A stretch of DNA of 64,000 nt, from assembly GCA_964019335.1 (NCBI GenBank), contig OZ025721.1:418528-482527 (forward strand). Reading direction: 5' to 3'. This document shows positions 22,547 through 33,969 of this stretch, in pieces (positions within the stretch are counted from its first letter, which is position 1; each line of letters opens with the position of its first letter). The translations under genes were made by a program, and so were the position numbers. Source of the DNA: Diplonema japonicum. Lineage: Eukaryota > Protista > Euglenozoa: Diplonemea. The notes below the pieces were generated by a model. That model did not search any database. It was not told the origin of the DNA and saw only the letters and a program-made list of their open reading frames with translations.

Positions 22547-23923
22547 ATGGATGAATACCAAACCATTAAAGGCATTGCGACCGGTGGCTTCGCTTCAGTG
22601 TTTCTAGTTCGTCGCTGCATCGACGGCAAGAAGCTGGCCATGAAAAAACTCCCCAGCATTTCACACAACGACTCAAAAGCAGCCTGCAACGAGGTAGAAG
22701 TTCTCAAAAGGCTTCACCACCCAAACATCATCCGATTTTACGACCACTTCTACCACGAGGGCAGCGTGCACATAGTCATGGAGCACGCAGGTGGGCTCGA
22801 CCTGAAAATGGCGATCGCACAGACAAAATCCTCACAAAACAGATTCAAAGAACAGGACATCATCCGCTGGTGGATACAGCTTCTCCTTGCCCTCCGGCAC
22901 CTCCATGGGTGCAACTTACTGCACAGGGACGTAAAACCAGCGAACATATTCTTCACGTCTAAAAAATTATTAAAACTCGGCGATTTCGGGCTGACAAAAA
23001 TCCTGTCGAATTCTTCCGAAGAAGCCCTCACGCAATGCGGCACCCCGTACTTTTTCTCCCCAGAGCTTTGCTGGAAGGTTCCGTACTCGTTGAAATCTGA
23101 TATGTGGGCCGCCGGTTGTGTCCTATACGAAATGATGGCGTTGGCCCACCCTTTCCGGGGTGCGAGCATGCGGCAGTTATACAGAAACATCACCAAGGTC
23201 CGGTACCACCCTTTGGACGGGCTTTACTCAAGCGAGCTAGAATCCATGGTTCACCTGATCCTCCGAAAGAACCCTAAAGAGCGGCCCGACGTGAACAGCG
23301 TCTTCAAAAACCCTTTTATGAAAAACGAGTTGCAGCAGTATGTTGATGACATAGGAAGCACTATGGGACGGGAGAACATCGCTGATAAATATATTGAAGA
23401 TTATATATACCCAAAGGACAGGAGTTCGGTGGAGGATGGCAAGGGAAAGGTTGTGGAATGGTGGCGGACGAAGGGCAGCCTTGAGCGGGATGCTAAGGCG
23501 CAGAAACAGTACAAACTTTTACGGGATAGATTGAATGGTTTAGTGAAGCCCGAGGAACTCCCACCACCTTCGCCGCCGAAAGTACCACCACCGCCTCTCC
23601 CTGGCAGGAGACCCACTCCTGTTAAAAACAAAGCCCAGCATGCTCTGAAGCAGCTCAACACCATTAAGCAGCATGTTGCCACAGCGCTTGAAGTCCCTTC
23701 TCCGCCAGCGTCAGACAGATCTCTCTTAGTTGCCTATGCTGAGCAGAACGAGGAGGCCGGGGAGTCCATCCTTGCGCATCTCTCACGGCTCCCTACCAAT
23801 GACATAAAGTTGCAGTGTAAGATGTTCGATGCTATCCTTTCCCTCCTCCCTCCTCCTGACGCGTTGAAACTTCACGAGGCTGTCTACCGGCTGGCCTTTA
23901 ACCCCCAATGGGGAAGTTCGTGA
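22547..23923 (+). CDS. NIMA-related kinase (NEK)
   Basis: HPNIIRF, HRDVKPANIF, KLGDFG, GTPYFFSPE, YSLKSDMWAAGC. Confidence 0.92.
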   Translation: MDEYQTIKGIATGGFASVFLVRRCIDGKKLAMKKLPSISHNDSKAACNEVEVLKRLHHPNIIRFYDHFYHEGSVHIVMEHAGGLDLKMAIAQTKSSQNRFKEQDIIRWWIQLLLALRHLHGCNLLHRDVKPANIFFTSKKLLKLGDFGLTKILSNSSEEALTQCGTPYFFSPELCWKVPYSLKSDMWAAGCVLYEMMALAHPFRGASMRQLYRNITKVRYHPLDGLYSSELESMVHLILRKNPKERPDVNSVFKNPFMKNELQQYVDDIGSTMGRENIADKYIEDYIYPKDRSSVEDGKGKVVEWWRTKGSLERDAKAQKQYKLLRDRLNGLVKPEELPPPSPPKVPPPPLPGRRPTPVKNKAQHALKQLNTIKQHVATALEVPSPPASDRSLLVAYAEQNEEAGESILAHLSRLPTNDIKLQCKMFDAILSLLPPPDALKLHEAVYRLAFNPQWGSS

Positions 23924-23994
23924 GACTACGATGATTGCTGTTGAGGGCGAAGGACACATTTTTTTTTTTTTTGTTGTTGCTATTTTCCTCCCCC

Positions 23995-24039
<45 letters not shown>

Positions 24040-24428
24040 TGCTGCGTTTTTTTTTTTTTTTTTTTTTTTTTTCTGCCGTGGAAGAACATCCGTGGGGCAG
24101 AAAATGCCTCAAAAAAATCATTACCCTAGCCATGAACTGTTGTTTGAAAAAAACACGCCCTCCCCCCCGACACACACAAAAAAAAAAACGAGATGTGCCT
24201 CTTTTTTTTTTTTTTTATTTATTCCACTTAAGTGGGGGGCTCCCCTCCCGAGTTTCCTCATTTTCTTTTTTTTTTTTTTTTCTTTCTTTTCTTCTTCTTC
24301 CACACTGTTGACAACAATACCGTGAAAGAAAATATCAAAAAAAAAAAAAAAAAATCACTTTAAGCAAACTAACACGAACACAGGAAGAGGGTGGAGGGGA
24401 GGGGAGGGGAGGGGAGGGGGGGAAGAGA

Positions 24429-25223
24429 ATGCACAAAGATGAAATCGACCTCGGGGTCGCGTTACAGGAGTACGAAAGGAACATAGAGGCGCTGGTGTTG
24501 GTGGACGTTCTGGAAAAAGCAGAGGGAGAGGAGCTGCTGAAAAAAGTAAAAATCGTACGGCAGCCGAAAGAAGAGCTGAAGTGTACTATAGAAAATGCTG
24601 GTAGGATGATGGGGTGGAAAACAAGCTTGCAAATGGCGAAAATAGAACTGGCGATGTCCGCATGGGACGAGGCATACAGAGTGCTGAGCACCATGACCAA
24701 GGTACAACCGTCAGCTCCTCCATTGCCTCCTGCCTCTTTTGGTTCCGAACCAAGTGAAGAAATTGAGGTTGTGGAAGAAACAAAAAGTGAACCTGAGGAG
24801 CAGAATATAAAAGAAGAACATCGAATAGAAACCGAGAAGCTTGAAAAGATCGACGAACCGTGCAGCCCGCCTCCTGTCCAGGGTTCTATGGAGTTTCGCT
24901 CGCGGTTGAGCCCTCAGGACTGTCAAGAAAACTATTTTGTCGCCAGTTCTTTTAGCTTCTCTGCATGGGCACAAAAACCCAAATCCAAAAAAAAGAAAAC
25001 CGCCTCGACTACCCGTAAGGAAAAAGTAGAAGAAAAAGAAGAAGAAACTCAGGTTTTCCCCAGCCCTTCTCCTCTGGATGCCCCTTCGGTGACCTGGCTG
25101 TTCAGCCACACAACCGATAAAGCACTTGTTTACGACCGCTCTTACTCCGGGAGAGTTCCGTCTAGGGCCCGTGGAACCCGACAGCTTCGCCCAAAAGTAG
25201 TTCCCAGAATGGTTCCTTATTGA
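24429..25223 (+). CDS. Hypothetical protein
   Basis: 264-aa ORF with coding-like composition between homopolymer spacers. Confidence 0.65.
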   Translation: MHKDEIDLGVALQEYERNIEALVLVDVLEKAEGEELLKKVKIVRQPKEELKCTIENAGRMMGWKTSLQMAKIELAMSAWDEAYRVLSTMTKVQPSAPPLPPASFGSEPSEEIEVVEETKSEPEEQNIKEEHRIETEKLEKIDEPCSPPPVQGSMEFRSRLSPQDCQENYFVASSFSFSAWAQKPKSKKKKTASTTRKEKVEEKEEETQVFPSPSPLDAPSVTWLFSHTTDKALVYDRSYSGRVPSRARGTRQLRPKVVPRMVPY

Positions 25224-25650
25224 TTTTTTTTTTTTTTCTTCTTCTTCCCTTGATCTTGACTCCCTCTCCGTTTTTTATTTTCATTTTTTTTTTTTATTTT
25301 TTATATACCTACGTTGAGAAGAAAAAAAAAGAAAATGAGGAATAAACGAAAGAACAAAAAAAAAAAAAAAAAGAACAAAAAAAAAGGCCTTTATCTGTGG
25401 TTGTGATGTATCTTTTTGCTTCCTTTTTTGTCATTTTACGACAAGCGATAAACGGCTCTTTTTTTTTTCTTCTTTTTTTTTCTTTTTTTTTTTTTTTTCG
25501 AGAGGTGAAGAGACACTGAGTATTTTACTTGTTTTTTCCATTTTTAGGTTTTTTTTTTTTTTTTTTTTTTTCTTTGGTGGGCCGTTGCAAAACACTTCGT
25601 TCCTATCATAGTGATTCTTTTTTTTTTTTTTTTTTTGGTTTCTATTTAGG

Positions 25651-25682
<32 letters not shown>

Positions 25683-25833
25683 GTTCTCACATCTGTCTAT
25701 TAGTTGGGAAGACCAAGGAAAGGGGAGAAGGGCAGGGCGGGAGAAAAAAAAAAGAAAAGTGCATCACTGACTCCTATTTTTTTAGCTATTTTTTTCAAAA
25801 TGTACACACACACACACAGGAGGACATGGAAAC

Positions 25834-28086
25834 ATGGGAGATACAGAAGCGGATCACAGTCTGGTAAATCTGTTCCATGTGCTCTCTACCTCAAAAGCCA
25901 GAGGATATGGAACGGGGGACATACACATTCCAGACACAGTCTCGTACCAACACGGCAGCCTAAGGTGGTGGTACCACTACGACCCACCTAGACACGAGAA
26001 GTCAGAGGACGGCACGTCGGTCCGAAAGCCAGGCCAGGTTGTGAAAAAAGAAAAACGAGACTGCACCCCACACAGGATCGAGGCGAGCTTCACAAGAAAC
26101 ACGGAGCAAGGCCAACCGGTCGCTACTTTTCTGTACAAAGTGGGGGGCTTCTTGGAGGAGACAACGGAAGGCTCTCCTACTGTGGTCGAGTTCTTAGACA
26201 CACGCGGGCTGCAAGCGTTTCTGCATCAACGTGACAACAAACCTGACGGCATCCTCCAACGGTTTGTGAAAACCGGTTCGTCAAACAGTGTCACACAAGT
26301 CGTATGGACGCCGTACCTTGCAAAGGCCGTGAGAAATCAAAACATCTACAAATTAGCCAACATGAGGGTACCCCTGTATGATAAGTGTGTGACCCATGAA
26401 GGGAGGTCGCATTTGTCACGGGAAGTGATCTGTTCCAACCAGGTGGTTGAGGAGCTTTCTTCCGCGTGCAAGATCATCAGCCAGCACTACCAGGCCACCG
26501 AGCACCGTGTCGTGACCCGTCTTGTTCTGTACTTTAAGTTCGACAACCAGAAGCTGCTTCTTCTTTACCCTTCTTCTATCATCACGAGCGGGATGTTTGT
26601 CCACAAGGGGCTTCTCTCGCACCCCGACTCCAGCAAACGTGTGATGCTCGATCTTAACCCCGTCTACACCAACGGGACAGCGGACGCCCCCAGGAAGGAC
26701 GAGCCCCGCCAGCTTTTCATGACGCCGTCCGGGGATTACCTTTCCCCAAACGATTTTTTCGTATCTACCACGGAACTTCGCGACCCGCTGTGCCCTGTTA
26801 TTAACAAGTACGCGACTAAGAAACGAGACGCGCTTCCTTTGGATGGGATGCTGGCGCTTGCCGCAAGGCAAGCGGCGCCCTACCCGTGCATGGCAGCCCG
26901 GAGCTGCCTCGTCGGTTCGTCTTCAGATGTCGTTAATAATTCAACGTTGCGCTTCACACGGGGAGGGGGTGGCGGGATGTACCGCCCGCCGTCTGCTGGC
27001 TCACGGCCTGCAACTGCTCCGGCGAAACAGATTGCATGCGACCCGAATGTTTCCCTGCGGCTTGAAGCGAGCTCTAGTAGCCGAAAGTCGGTCTCGCTCA
27101 CCTTCACAGGCGGGCCAAACAGCGACAACGGCAAGAACAGGCAGGAGTTCATGGTTCTTTGCGAGGCGGACCAAAGGGAGCGCGACAAGCATGGCGAGCG
27201 ACGCTCGCGAAGCAGCGTTTTGAGCAACCCTGGCAGCTCTGTAATGTCGCGGAAGCCCAGCACCCCGACGCAAAGTGAGAAATGTGAGATACCCCTCTCC
27301 GTCAGCAACCGCCAGTCGCACCTCGACATCGTACGCCTCGCACGCTCTGCCAAGATAGCCACCATGGACATCGACAGCACGCAGACGTGTGACGCACCTG
27401 GCAGCGCACCCGGTACACAGCAGAACCTCGTCGCGAGACGAGGATTCTGGAACTGGTTCACGGTTGCTATCCGAAGACGCGCAGCGGCTGTGTTGAAAAC
27501 ACACGAGAACATCACACAGCAGCTACAGGAAGCTATTTACAAGTGCTACTCACTGGACAGGTGCAAGGGCGGCGACGGGCACAGGGTCATACAGTTCCCT
27601 GCGACACTGTGCGAGCCAATCTTGAACCTGGTGAAGGAGAATCTGGGAGGGCTTGGGTTCCAAGAGTTAGAGGGCGACGGTGTCTCCCAGGGAATCGGGC
27701 ATCTCTCCAACGAAGGATGCTGCACGCTAGTCTTCAGGAAGTCCCGCACCACGTCCGACTCCACCATTTCGGTGCCTTCAACACATGCTATCAACCGAGC
27801 CGTGTCTTCGCTGAAGAGCTACATCGCGCACTCTAAGAACACACACGTCTTCGAGCTGCTCAAAACCGTCCACGCAGACCTCGAAGAAGCCCCGTCCCTC
27901 TTTGCCACACATACAAAGGGCGGTTCGGTAGTTATCCCTTCAAAGACACTCCACTGTACTTTGAACCTTGAAACATTAAGGCACCTCACCGCTGCGTGCA
28001 CGCAGCGCATCGATGAAGTCCAAGCCGCACTGTCCTCTTCAAACACATGTCTCGTGATCCCCATCGAGAGTGATGAAGAAAGCTGA
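25834..28086 (+). CDS. Hypothetical protein (750 aa)
   Basis: Long ORF; globular-looking N-terminal ~250 aa and Ser-rich middle; no family recognised. Confidence 0.8.
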   Translation: MGDTEADHSLVNLFHVLSTSKARGYGTGDIHIPDTVSYQHGSLRWWYHYDPPRHEKSEDGTSVRKPGQVVKKEKRDCTPHRIEASFTRNTEQGQPVATFLYKVGGFLEETTEGSPTVVEFLDTRGLQAFLHQRDNKPDGILQRFVKTGSSNSVTQVVWTPYLAKAVRNQNIYKLANMRVPLYDKCVTHEGRSHLSREVICSNQVVEELSSACKIISQHYQATEHRVVTRLVLYFKFDNQKLLLLYPSSIITSGMFVHKGLLSHPDSSKRVMLDLNPVYTNGTADAPRKDEPRQLFMTPSGDYLSPNDFFVSTTELRDPLCPVINKYATKKRDALPLDGMLALAARQAAPYPCMAARSCLVGSSSDVVNNSTLRFTRGGGGGMYRPPSAGSRPATAPAKQIACDPNVSLRLEASSSSRKSVSLTFTGGPNSDNGKNRQEFMVLCEADQRERDKHGERRSRSSVLSNPGSSVMSRKPSTPTQSEKCEIPLSVSNRQSHLDIVRLARSAKIATMDIDSTQTCDAPGSAPGTQQNLVARRGFWNWFTVAIRRRAAAVLKTHENITQQLQEAIYKCYSLDRCKGGDGHRVIQFPATLCEPILNLVKENLGGLGFQELEGDGVSQGIGHLSNEGCCTLVFRKSRTTSDSTISVPSTHAINRAVSSLKSYIAHSKNTHVFELLKTVHADLEEAPSLFATHTKGGSVVIPSKTLHCTLNLETLRHLTAACTQRIDEVQAALSSSNTCLVIPIESDEES

Positions 28087-28188
28087 AGTAATATGTTTTG
28101 TTTTTTGGTTTGTTTCTTTTCCCTCAAACCCTGGACTCAGGCAGCCGGTGAAGGGCTACAGAAGAAGAAAAAAAAAAGAAAAGAAACG

Positions 28189-29346
28189 ATGCCGAGCACC
28201 CTGCGGATTGAGAAGACGGTCACTGAAGTTTCGTCAATGAACCCCTTTTTCGACCGGGATGTGCCGGAGGTCAGCGTCCCCGTGCGTCCCAAGATCGGCC
28301 CGCGAACGGCCCCGGAGACGCAGCTCCGGCTTCTCCAAAAGTACATCTCGCAGTTCCAGTACAATTTCCTCCCGAGAACGTTTTTCAACTGTTTCAAGTA
28401 TAGGCCCCTGAACAGGATACTGGAGACCGCGAAGGAGGTCGTAAAAGAGTCCCTTCCGATTAGATGCTTGGAGGCGACGTTTTTGGCGGTTTACCTGACG
28501 CAAGATCTGAAATGGTTTGACAGGTGCCCTCTGACGTTCAAAACGGTTTTTCACGGACAGACCTGCAGGCACATCGTCCTCGCTGTGAAGTGCGAAGGGA
28601 AGGGTTGGGGCGCTCTTGGGCTGAGCCGGAAGGACGATCTAATGTACAAAAAGCTCAAGGACCAAACACTGCCGGAACTGGTCGACGACTACAGGGAAGC
28701 GTACCGCCGCCATGGGCACGAGGTGCTCGCTGTGAAGGTCGGTCTTCCTGTGTCCCACAACAGCACATCAAGCCTGACTCCTTGTTGGAGATTTTTGTGC
28801 CTGAGCTACAAGAACCACAGCCAAGAGGAGATCACAGAGAGCCTCAACAAGTACAGCGACATCGCGAAAAAACTGGCCGCAGAGTGGGAAGGGATGCGGC
28901 ACCAGACAAGGAACGCAAGACTGGTTAAGAAGGTCGCTCCACCACCTATCTTGACACCCGCGCCTCTCTCCTCCGAGAGGTCTTCTAGCGACTGTGAAGA
29001 CGATGAGGACGGGTCGGAACAGTACAACGACGAGGCCGAGATGGAGGACTCCGATGGGGACGAGACCAACGAGGTGCTGTACTCCATCCTCGCAAGCCGG
29101 TCGCCCTTCAGGCGGAACCAGTTCAACAACCCGACGCTCGCCAAGCTTGCGGCCGCGACCCCCGCCTCTCCGACCCAATCGCAGAAACAACAGGCAAACA
29201 GTACAACGGAAACAACAACAGCAACTACCACAACCCAAAGCGCTGAAAGCAGCGCTGTAGTAGAAACAAAGGAGGGGCAAGAAGAAGAACAAGAAGAAAA
29301 GGTAGAAGTAGAAGTAGAAAAAGAAGAAGAACAAGAGGAAAAGTGA
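28189..29346 (+). CDS. VASH: Vasohibin (tubulin tyrosine carboxypeptidase)
   Basis: QYNF..F, LPIRCLEA (catalytic Cys), RHIVL (His), GALGLSR..LMYK (Ser); acidic tail. Confidence 0.92.
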   Translation: MPSTLRIEKTVTEVSSMNPFFDRDVPEVSVPVRPKIGPRTAPETQLRLLQKYISQFQYNFLPRTFFNCFKYRPLNRILETAKEVVKESLPIRCLEATFLAVYLTQDLKWFDRCPLTFKTVFHGQTCRHIVLAVKCEGKGWGALGLSRKDDLMYKKLKDQTLPELVDDYREAYRRHGHEVLAVKVGLPVSHNSTSSLTPCWRFLCLSYKNHSQEEITESLNKYSDIAKKLAAEWEGMRHQTRNARLVKKVAPPPILTPAPLSSERSSSDCEDDEDGSEQYNDEAEMEDSDGDETNEVLYSILASRSPFRRNQFNNPTLAKLAAATPASPTQSQKQQANSTTETTTATTTTQSAESSAVVETKEGQEEEQEEKVEVEVEKEEEQEEK

Positions 29347-29467
29347 AGAAAATAAAAGACAGTCCCTGTTTTTGCTTCCACTTTTCAATTCATTTAATCC
29401 ATTCAGCGGAGCGGGGGGGTTGGGAGGGAAAGAAGAAAGAGAAGAAGAAGAAAGGAAGAAAAACCAC

Positions 29468-32305
29468 ATGGCGGATGTAGGAGGTGGTCTGGCTGACTCG
29501 AAGTCGAAGGAGTTCGAGCAGCTTGCGAAGGTAGTGCATCAGATCGACGGTGAGGTGCTCCTCACCGGTGTGTCTGCGCTGCAGACTATTAAGCGTACTG
29601 GGAAGTCTGCTTTGAAGAAAAGTCGTGTCCTGGCCGTGACAAAATCTCTTTGCGGGAAGCACTTCAACCTGTACCTGTTGAAGAAGGAGAACAACAGCGT
29701 GAAGGAGAAATGCAGGCTCAAGATAGGAACGCTCCTGGCGGAGAAAGACCACGAGCTGACCCTCCACCTCGAGGACGAGGTCCTGGTCCTGAGCCTACGA
29801 ACAGGGAAGGAACGAGATTACTTCCTGGCAACCTGCGACAGATATTTAAGAGAAAATAGAAGATCAATGCCCGTGAGCAGTTTTCAAAACCTGGACATCC
29901 CAAGTCCCGATACACCAGTTAAAAAGCAGAGTACCGTAGTGGAAGAAAAGAAAGGGCTGCTCACACAGGCTGATGACGACGCGCTGGCACTGATCCTAAC
30001 GAAGTACGAGAAGACGGGGAACAACGATGCGAGGCAGCTGAGAGATCATGTAAACGGCATTATCGCACAGCTTCAAACGGAAAACGCTGCAACCATCGTG
30101 CAGGGCGAGAAGGAGTGGTCTGGCCTCGTCGATAAATTCGAGACAATGGCGTGGGAGCTCAGCAATGTACAAGCCCGGCTTGTTCAGTTCACCAACAACC
30201 TCGAGAAGAAAAGCGAGAAAATCGGAATCGTGGAAAGGGAACGCGCCACCCGCGAGACGGTCCACACCAACTACGACAAGCTCGTCTCCGAACTAGAAGG
30301 CCTCCAAGACCAATTAGAACCCGCCACACATTTCATCCAGACCCTTCACAACTCCGGGTTCGGTCCCTTAGAACGAACCAGAATTATCGAAGCCATGAAC
30401 TGGGCGAAGACATTCGACAAGAAAAACCTGGAAGGCACGTATTCCGTCGCCGCTGTAAGAAGCACCATTGCACAGGTGGACAGTGCAAAACACAAAATGG
30501 CAGATCGGCTAGTCGAGTACCTTGAAGAAGACTTCAAGGTAATGGGAACACGTTTGAAGGCCCAATCAATGAAAAAGAAAAAACTCTCCGCGGGCAATCT
30601 GAAGTGGCGGTCGCACCAACAACACCACAACACATGGCTTCAACTCCGCCCGTTGATGCCGTCTGTTCTAAACAAGGGCGTGACCGTCGTCATGAAACTC
30701 TGCAGAACATACGCAGGGCAGATGAAACCCTCGTACCGGCAAGAGATCCATGGGTACTTCAAAGAGTTACGAGCGAAGCTGCTAAGGAAGAAACACAAAT
30801 CAGTGTTCTACCTCGGGGCCGATGTGAAGGAACTAAAAGGACTCGAGCTTCTTGCAGAGCTGAACCAAGGAAGTTACGGAAGCAGCTACGCAGCTTCGGA
30901 AGCCCCAACAATGATGAGCGTGGCACGAAGCGGGGTGTCCGCCGCAAGCGAAGAATTCGAAGAAGAACCATCCATTCTAAACGAGCTTGGAATCTGCGTG
31001 TACAGAGGAAGCGGTTCGGGCAACATAACAGCAGGTGCTAGCGAACCATACTCATCACGCAGATCGTCGCGAAACGGGTCCATTTCAATGGGAAGCGACG
31101 GTGTCTCTGCTCAATCCACCACAATAACCGACAAAGACGGGAAGGAACGAATCCCCCCATACACGGCCTTGATACAATCGATAATATGCTGCACGGAAGT
31201 CGTTCTTGCGGAACAGGAATTTCTGGAGAGAATGTTCGGCCTAACACAGGACCCCGGATCCGACGGCGATATGGTCACAATGGTGACTCATATGTTCCGT
31301 GACGATGGGCTGAAAAAACACCTCATCGCGCATGAGCTGATGGAGAGCGTTGCGTATATAAAACATGAGTGTGACATGATGGCGTTGATCCCTGTTTCGC
31401 TTGTGGTGTCGCAGCTACAAGATGCCATGTCCAGCAGGTCGACCGTTCTTTCCGACGTTCTTCAAAGCGTAGGCGGCGGTGTCAAGGACGCGCTATTCGA
31501 GTGGCAGGAACAACAGCTCAAAACCGTTGACAAGTACAAAACGGACATTAAACACTGCACCGTCCTGCCTTGCTTCATCCGGTTCAAACTGTTCATCAAA
31601 AGGCTTGAATCAATGTGCGCACCCATTCCACTCACCGCACCCTTCGAAATAGTACAGAACATCATCGATGTGGTGTGCAAGTCGATGTTCAACAGACTGG
31701 CGTATCTGTGCGAGACGGATTCGAAGTACAAGGATTTTTTTTATATTAAAAATCTGTCGTACTTCTTGGAGTTCATGAAGGATGCGAGGATGGTTCCGTC
31801 CGGGCTCACGGAGAAACTGCTCAGCAAGCAGTTCGAGCGGACGGAGCAGCTGGAACGAACAAGGAAGGACAAGGAGCGCCAGTACATCGTGAACACGCTG
31901 CTTCAAGATGTCTTCGCGACGCTGTTTGAATTCATCGATGCTGCTGAGAAGTGTTTAGAAGCCAACTCGCAAAAAGTTGAAGAACTCAATATGCACCAAC
32001 GGTTCAGCCACAGTAGTGTGGAAGCTCTTCTCAGCCAAACCCGGCTCAAGACGGTGCAATCGCAGATCCACGTTGTGTACAAAAGGCAGAACAAACACTT
32101 CTTCGAGCACACGACATCTAGAGACCAGTTCATCAACCTGCTGTTCCACAACACCTGGGAGGCCACCAAGGCCTACATCCTTGACAACTGGGCGCGGCTC
32201 CAATCCCTGCTCCACAAATGCTACCCGCAGCTCCTCAAGGCCTACAGCTGCGATGTTACCCGCATCACCTCCATCCTCGACCAGCAGAATCTTGGAGGGA
32301 CGTGA
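29468..32305 (+). CDS. SEC3: Exocyst component Sec3/EXOC1-like
   Basis: N-terminal PH-like region, coiled coil ending NYDKLVSELE, helical C-terminus with YKRQNKHF..W..CYP. Confidence 0.75.
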   Translation: MADVGGGLADSKSKEFEQLAKVVHQIDGEVLLTGVSALQTIKRTGKSALKKSRVLAVTKSLCGKHFNLYLLKKENNSVKEKCRLKIGTLLAEKDHELTLHLEDEVLVLSLRTGKERDYFLATCDRYLRENRRSMPVSSFQNLDIPSPDTPVKKQSTVVEEKKGLLTQADDDALALILTKYEKTGNNDARQLRDHVNGIIAQLQTENAATIVQGEKEWSGLVDKFETMAWELSNVQARLVQFTNNLEKKSEKIGIVERERATRETVHTNYDKLVSELEGLQDQLEPATHFIQTLHNSGFGPLERTRIIEAMNWAKTFDKKNLEGTYSVAAVRSTIAQVDSAKHKMADRLVEYLEEDFKVMGTRLKAQSMKKKKLSAGNLKWRSHQQHHNTWLQLRPLMPSVLNKGVTVVMKLCRTYAGQMKPSYRQEIHGYFKELRAKLLRKKHKSVFYLGADVKELKGLELLAELNQGSYGSSYAASEAPTMMSVARSGVSAASEEFEEEPSILNELGICVYRGSGSGNITAGASEPYSSRRSSRNGSISMGSDGVSAQSTTITDKDGKERIPPYTALIQSIICCTEVVLAEQEFLERMFGLTQDPGSDGDMVTMVTHMFRDDGLKKHLIAHELMESVAYIKHECDMMALIPVSLVVSQLQDAMSSRSTVLSDVLQSVGGGVKDALFEWQEQQLKTVDKYKTDIKHCTVLPCFIRFKLFIKRLESMCAPIPLTAPFEIVQNIIDVVCKSMFNRLAYLCETDSKYKDFFYIKNLSYFLEFMKDARMVPSGLTEKLLSKQFERTEQLERTRKDKERQYIVNTLLQDVFATLFEFIDAAEKCLEANSQKVEELNMHQRFSHSSVEALLSQTRLKTVQSQIHVVYKRQNKHFFEHTTSRDQFINLLFHNTWEATKAYILDNWARLQSLLHKCYPQLLKAYSCDVTRITSILDQQNLGGT

Positions 32306-32425
32306 TGGAAAAAAAAAAAAAAAAAAAATAGATGGGGGGAAGAAAAAAAAGTTTTTCTTTGTTATACTTGCGCTGAACCAAAAGAAAATGACAAAAAAAG
32401 AAGAAGAAAACAACACAAAAAGAAA

Positions 32426-33908
32426 ATGGCGGGCCTCGATGCAAAGACAGGAAAGGGTCACCACGAGTTTGGGCTCTTGAAGGACGAGCTTCCAAGGGAG
32501 CTTGAGATGTTCAAGGGAAGGTTGTCTCCTAGGTTCTTCGAGATGAGGAAGAAGGTATAGGGGGGGGAAAGAAAAAAAAAAAAGAAACACTCATTCCCAA
32601 CAGATCATTAGCTTCATCAAGGAGGACATCCTCCCCGAGATGGACACGTACGCCAGGCAGAAGGCGCAGCTCGAGAAGGAGGCTGAGCACTCAACTTTGG
32701 CACCGGAGCCGCCCATCTTGAAGGTTTGCAGAGAGAAGGCGAGGGCGAGGGGTTTGATGAACTTCTTCCTCCCGGAGGTCTGCAAGCTGACCGTACTGGA
32801 GTATTCCCCCATCGCGGAGATCTTGGGTACGGTGCCCCTCGCCAACTATGCCATGAACTGCTCGGCACCGGACACTGGAAACATGGAGGTCCTTGAAAGG
32901 TACGGCACACCGGAGCAAAAAAGACAATGGTTGGAACCCCTCCTGGAAGGGAAGATCAGGTCTGCCTTCGCCATGACCGAGCCGGGTGTTGCTTCCAGTG
33001 ACGCGACCAACATCTGCTCGACGATTACCAGTATGGAAAGAAAAAAAAAAGAAAAAAAAATAGGGGACGGCAGTGACTACATCATCAACGGGCACAAGTG
33101 GTACATCAGCGGGGCCATCAGGCCGGAGTGCAAGGTGTTCATTTTCCTGGGGAGGAACTCGTTCGAGGGCCCGATCCACAGGCAGCACTCCATGATGATC
33201 GTCCCCAAGGACCTCCCGGGGATCAAGATCCTGAGGCCCCTCGCCGTCTTTGGACACGAGCACGACCACGCAGAGATCATCTTCGACAATGTAAGGGTCC
33301 CTGCCGCCAACATGCTGTTGGGTGAGGGGAAGGGCTTCGAGATCGCGCAGGGGAGGCTGGGGCCCGGCAGGATCCACCACTGCATGCGTACCATTGGTGT
33401 TGCAGAGGCAGCACTCGACTCCATTCTGTTCAGGGTGCAGGGAAGACATGCTTTTGGGAGCGTGCTTGCGAAGAAGGACACTATTAGGCAGCAGATCGCA
33501 GAAGCGAGACTTGACATCACCAAGTCCCGTCTCCTGTGCTACATGGCAGCCTGTGAGGCTGATGACAAGGGGTTCAAGGCAGCACGCACGGCCATCTCCA
33601 TGACTAAGGTGGACGCGCCACGAATGTGCTTGGCCCTGCTCGACAACGCCATTCAGATCCATGGTGCACATGGTATCTCCCAGGACTCCCACCTCTCGGA
33701 CCTTTTTGCGAACATCCGTACTCTGCGTGTTGCTGACGGCCCGGACATCGTTCACCTGAACACCATCGCCAAGGAGGAACTCAAGAGGAAGCCCACCACC
33801 TTGGGCATGACAGTGTCGGGCATCAACACTAACATCGAGAAGTACGGGAAGTTCAAACACCACAAGCCCATCATCGGGAAGAGGGGTGCCATGATTTCCA
33901 GGCTCTGA
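32426..33908 (+). CDS. Acyl-CoA dehydrogenase (ACAD10/11-type) with PTS1 (-SRL); 2 introns
   Basis: NCSAPDTGNMEVL, SAFAMTEPGVASSDATNI, QGRLGPGRIHHCMR, LRVADGPDIVH. Introns 32555-32603 and 33031-33063. Confidence 0.95.
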
Positions 33909-33938
33909 TGATTTGAAAAGGACTCCATTATATTAAGC

Positions 33939-33969
<31 letters not shown>

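Noticed and set aside
32691-33863. Long antisense ORFs (390 aa here; also 58530-59459 and 63133-63885)
   Set aside because: Shadows of conserved + strand genes with biased codon usage; no motifs of their own.
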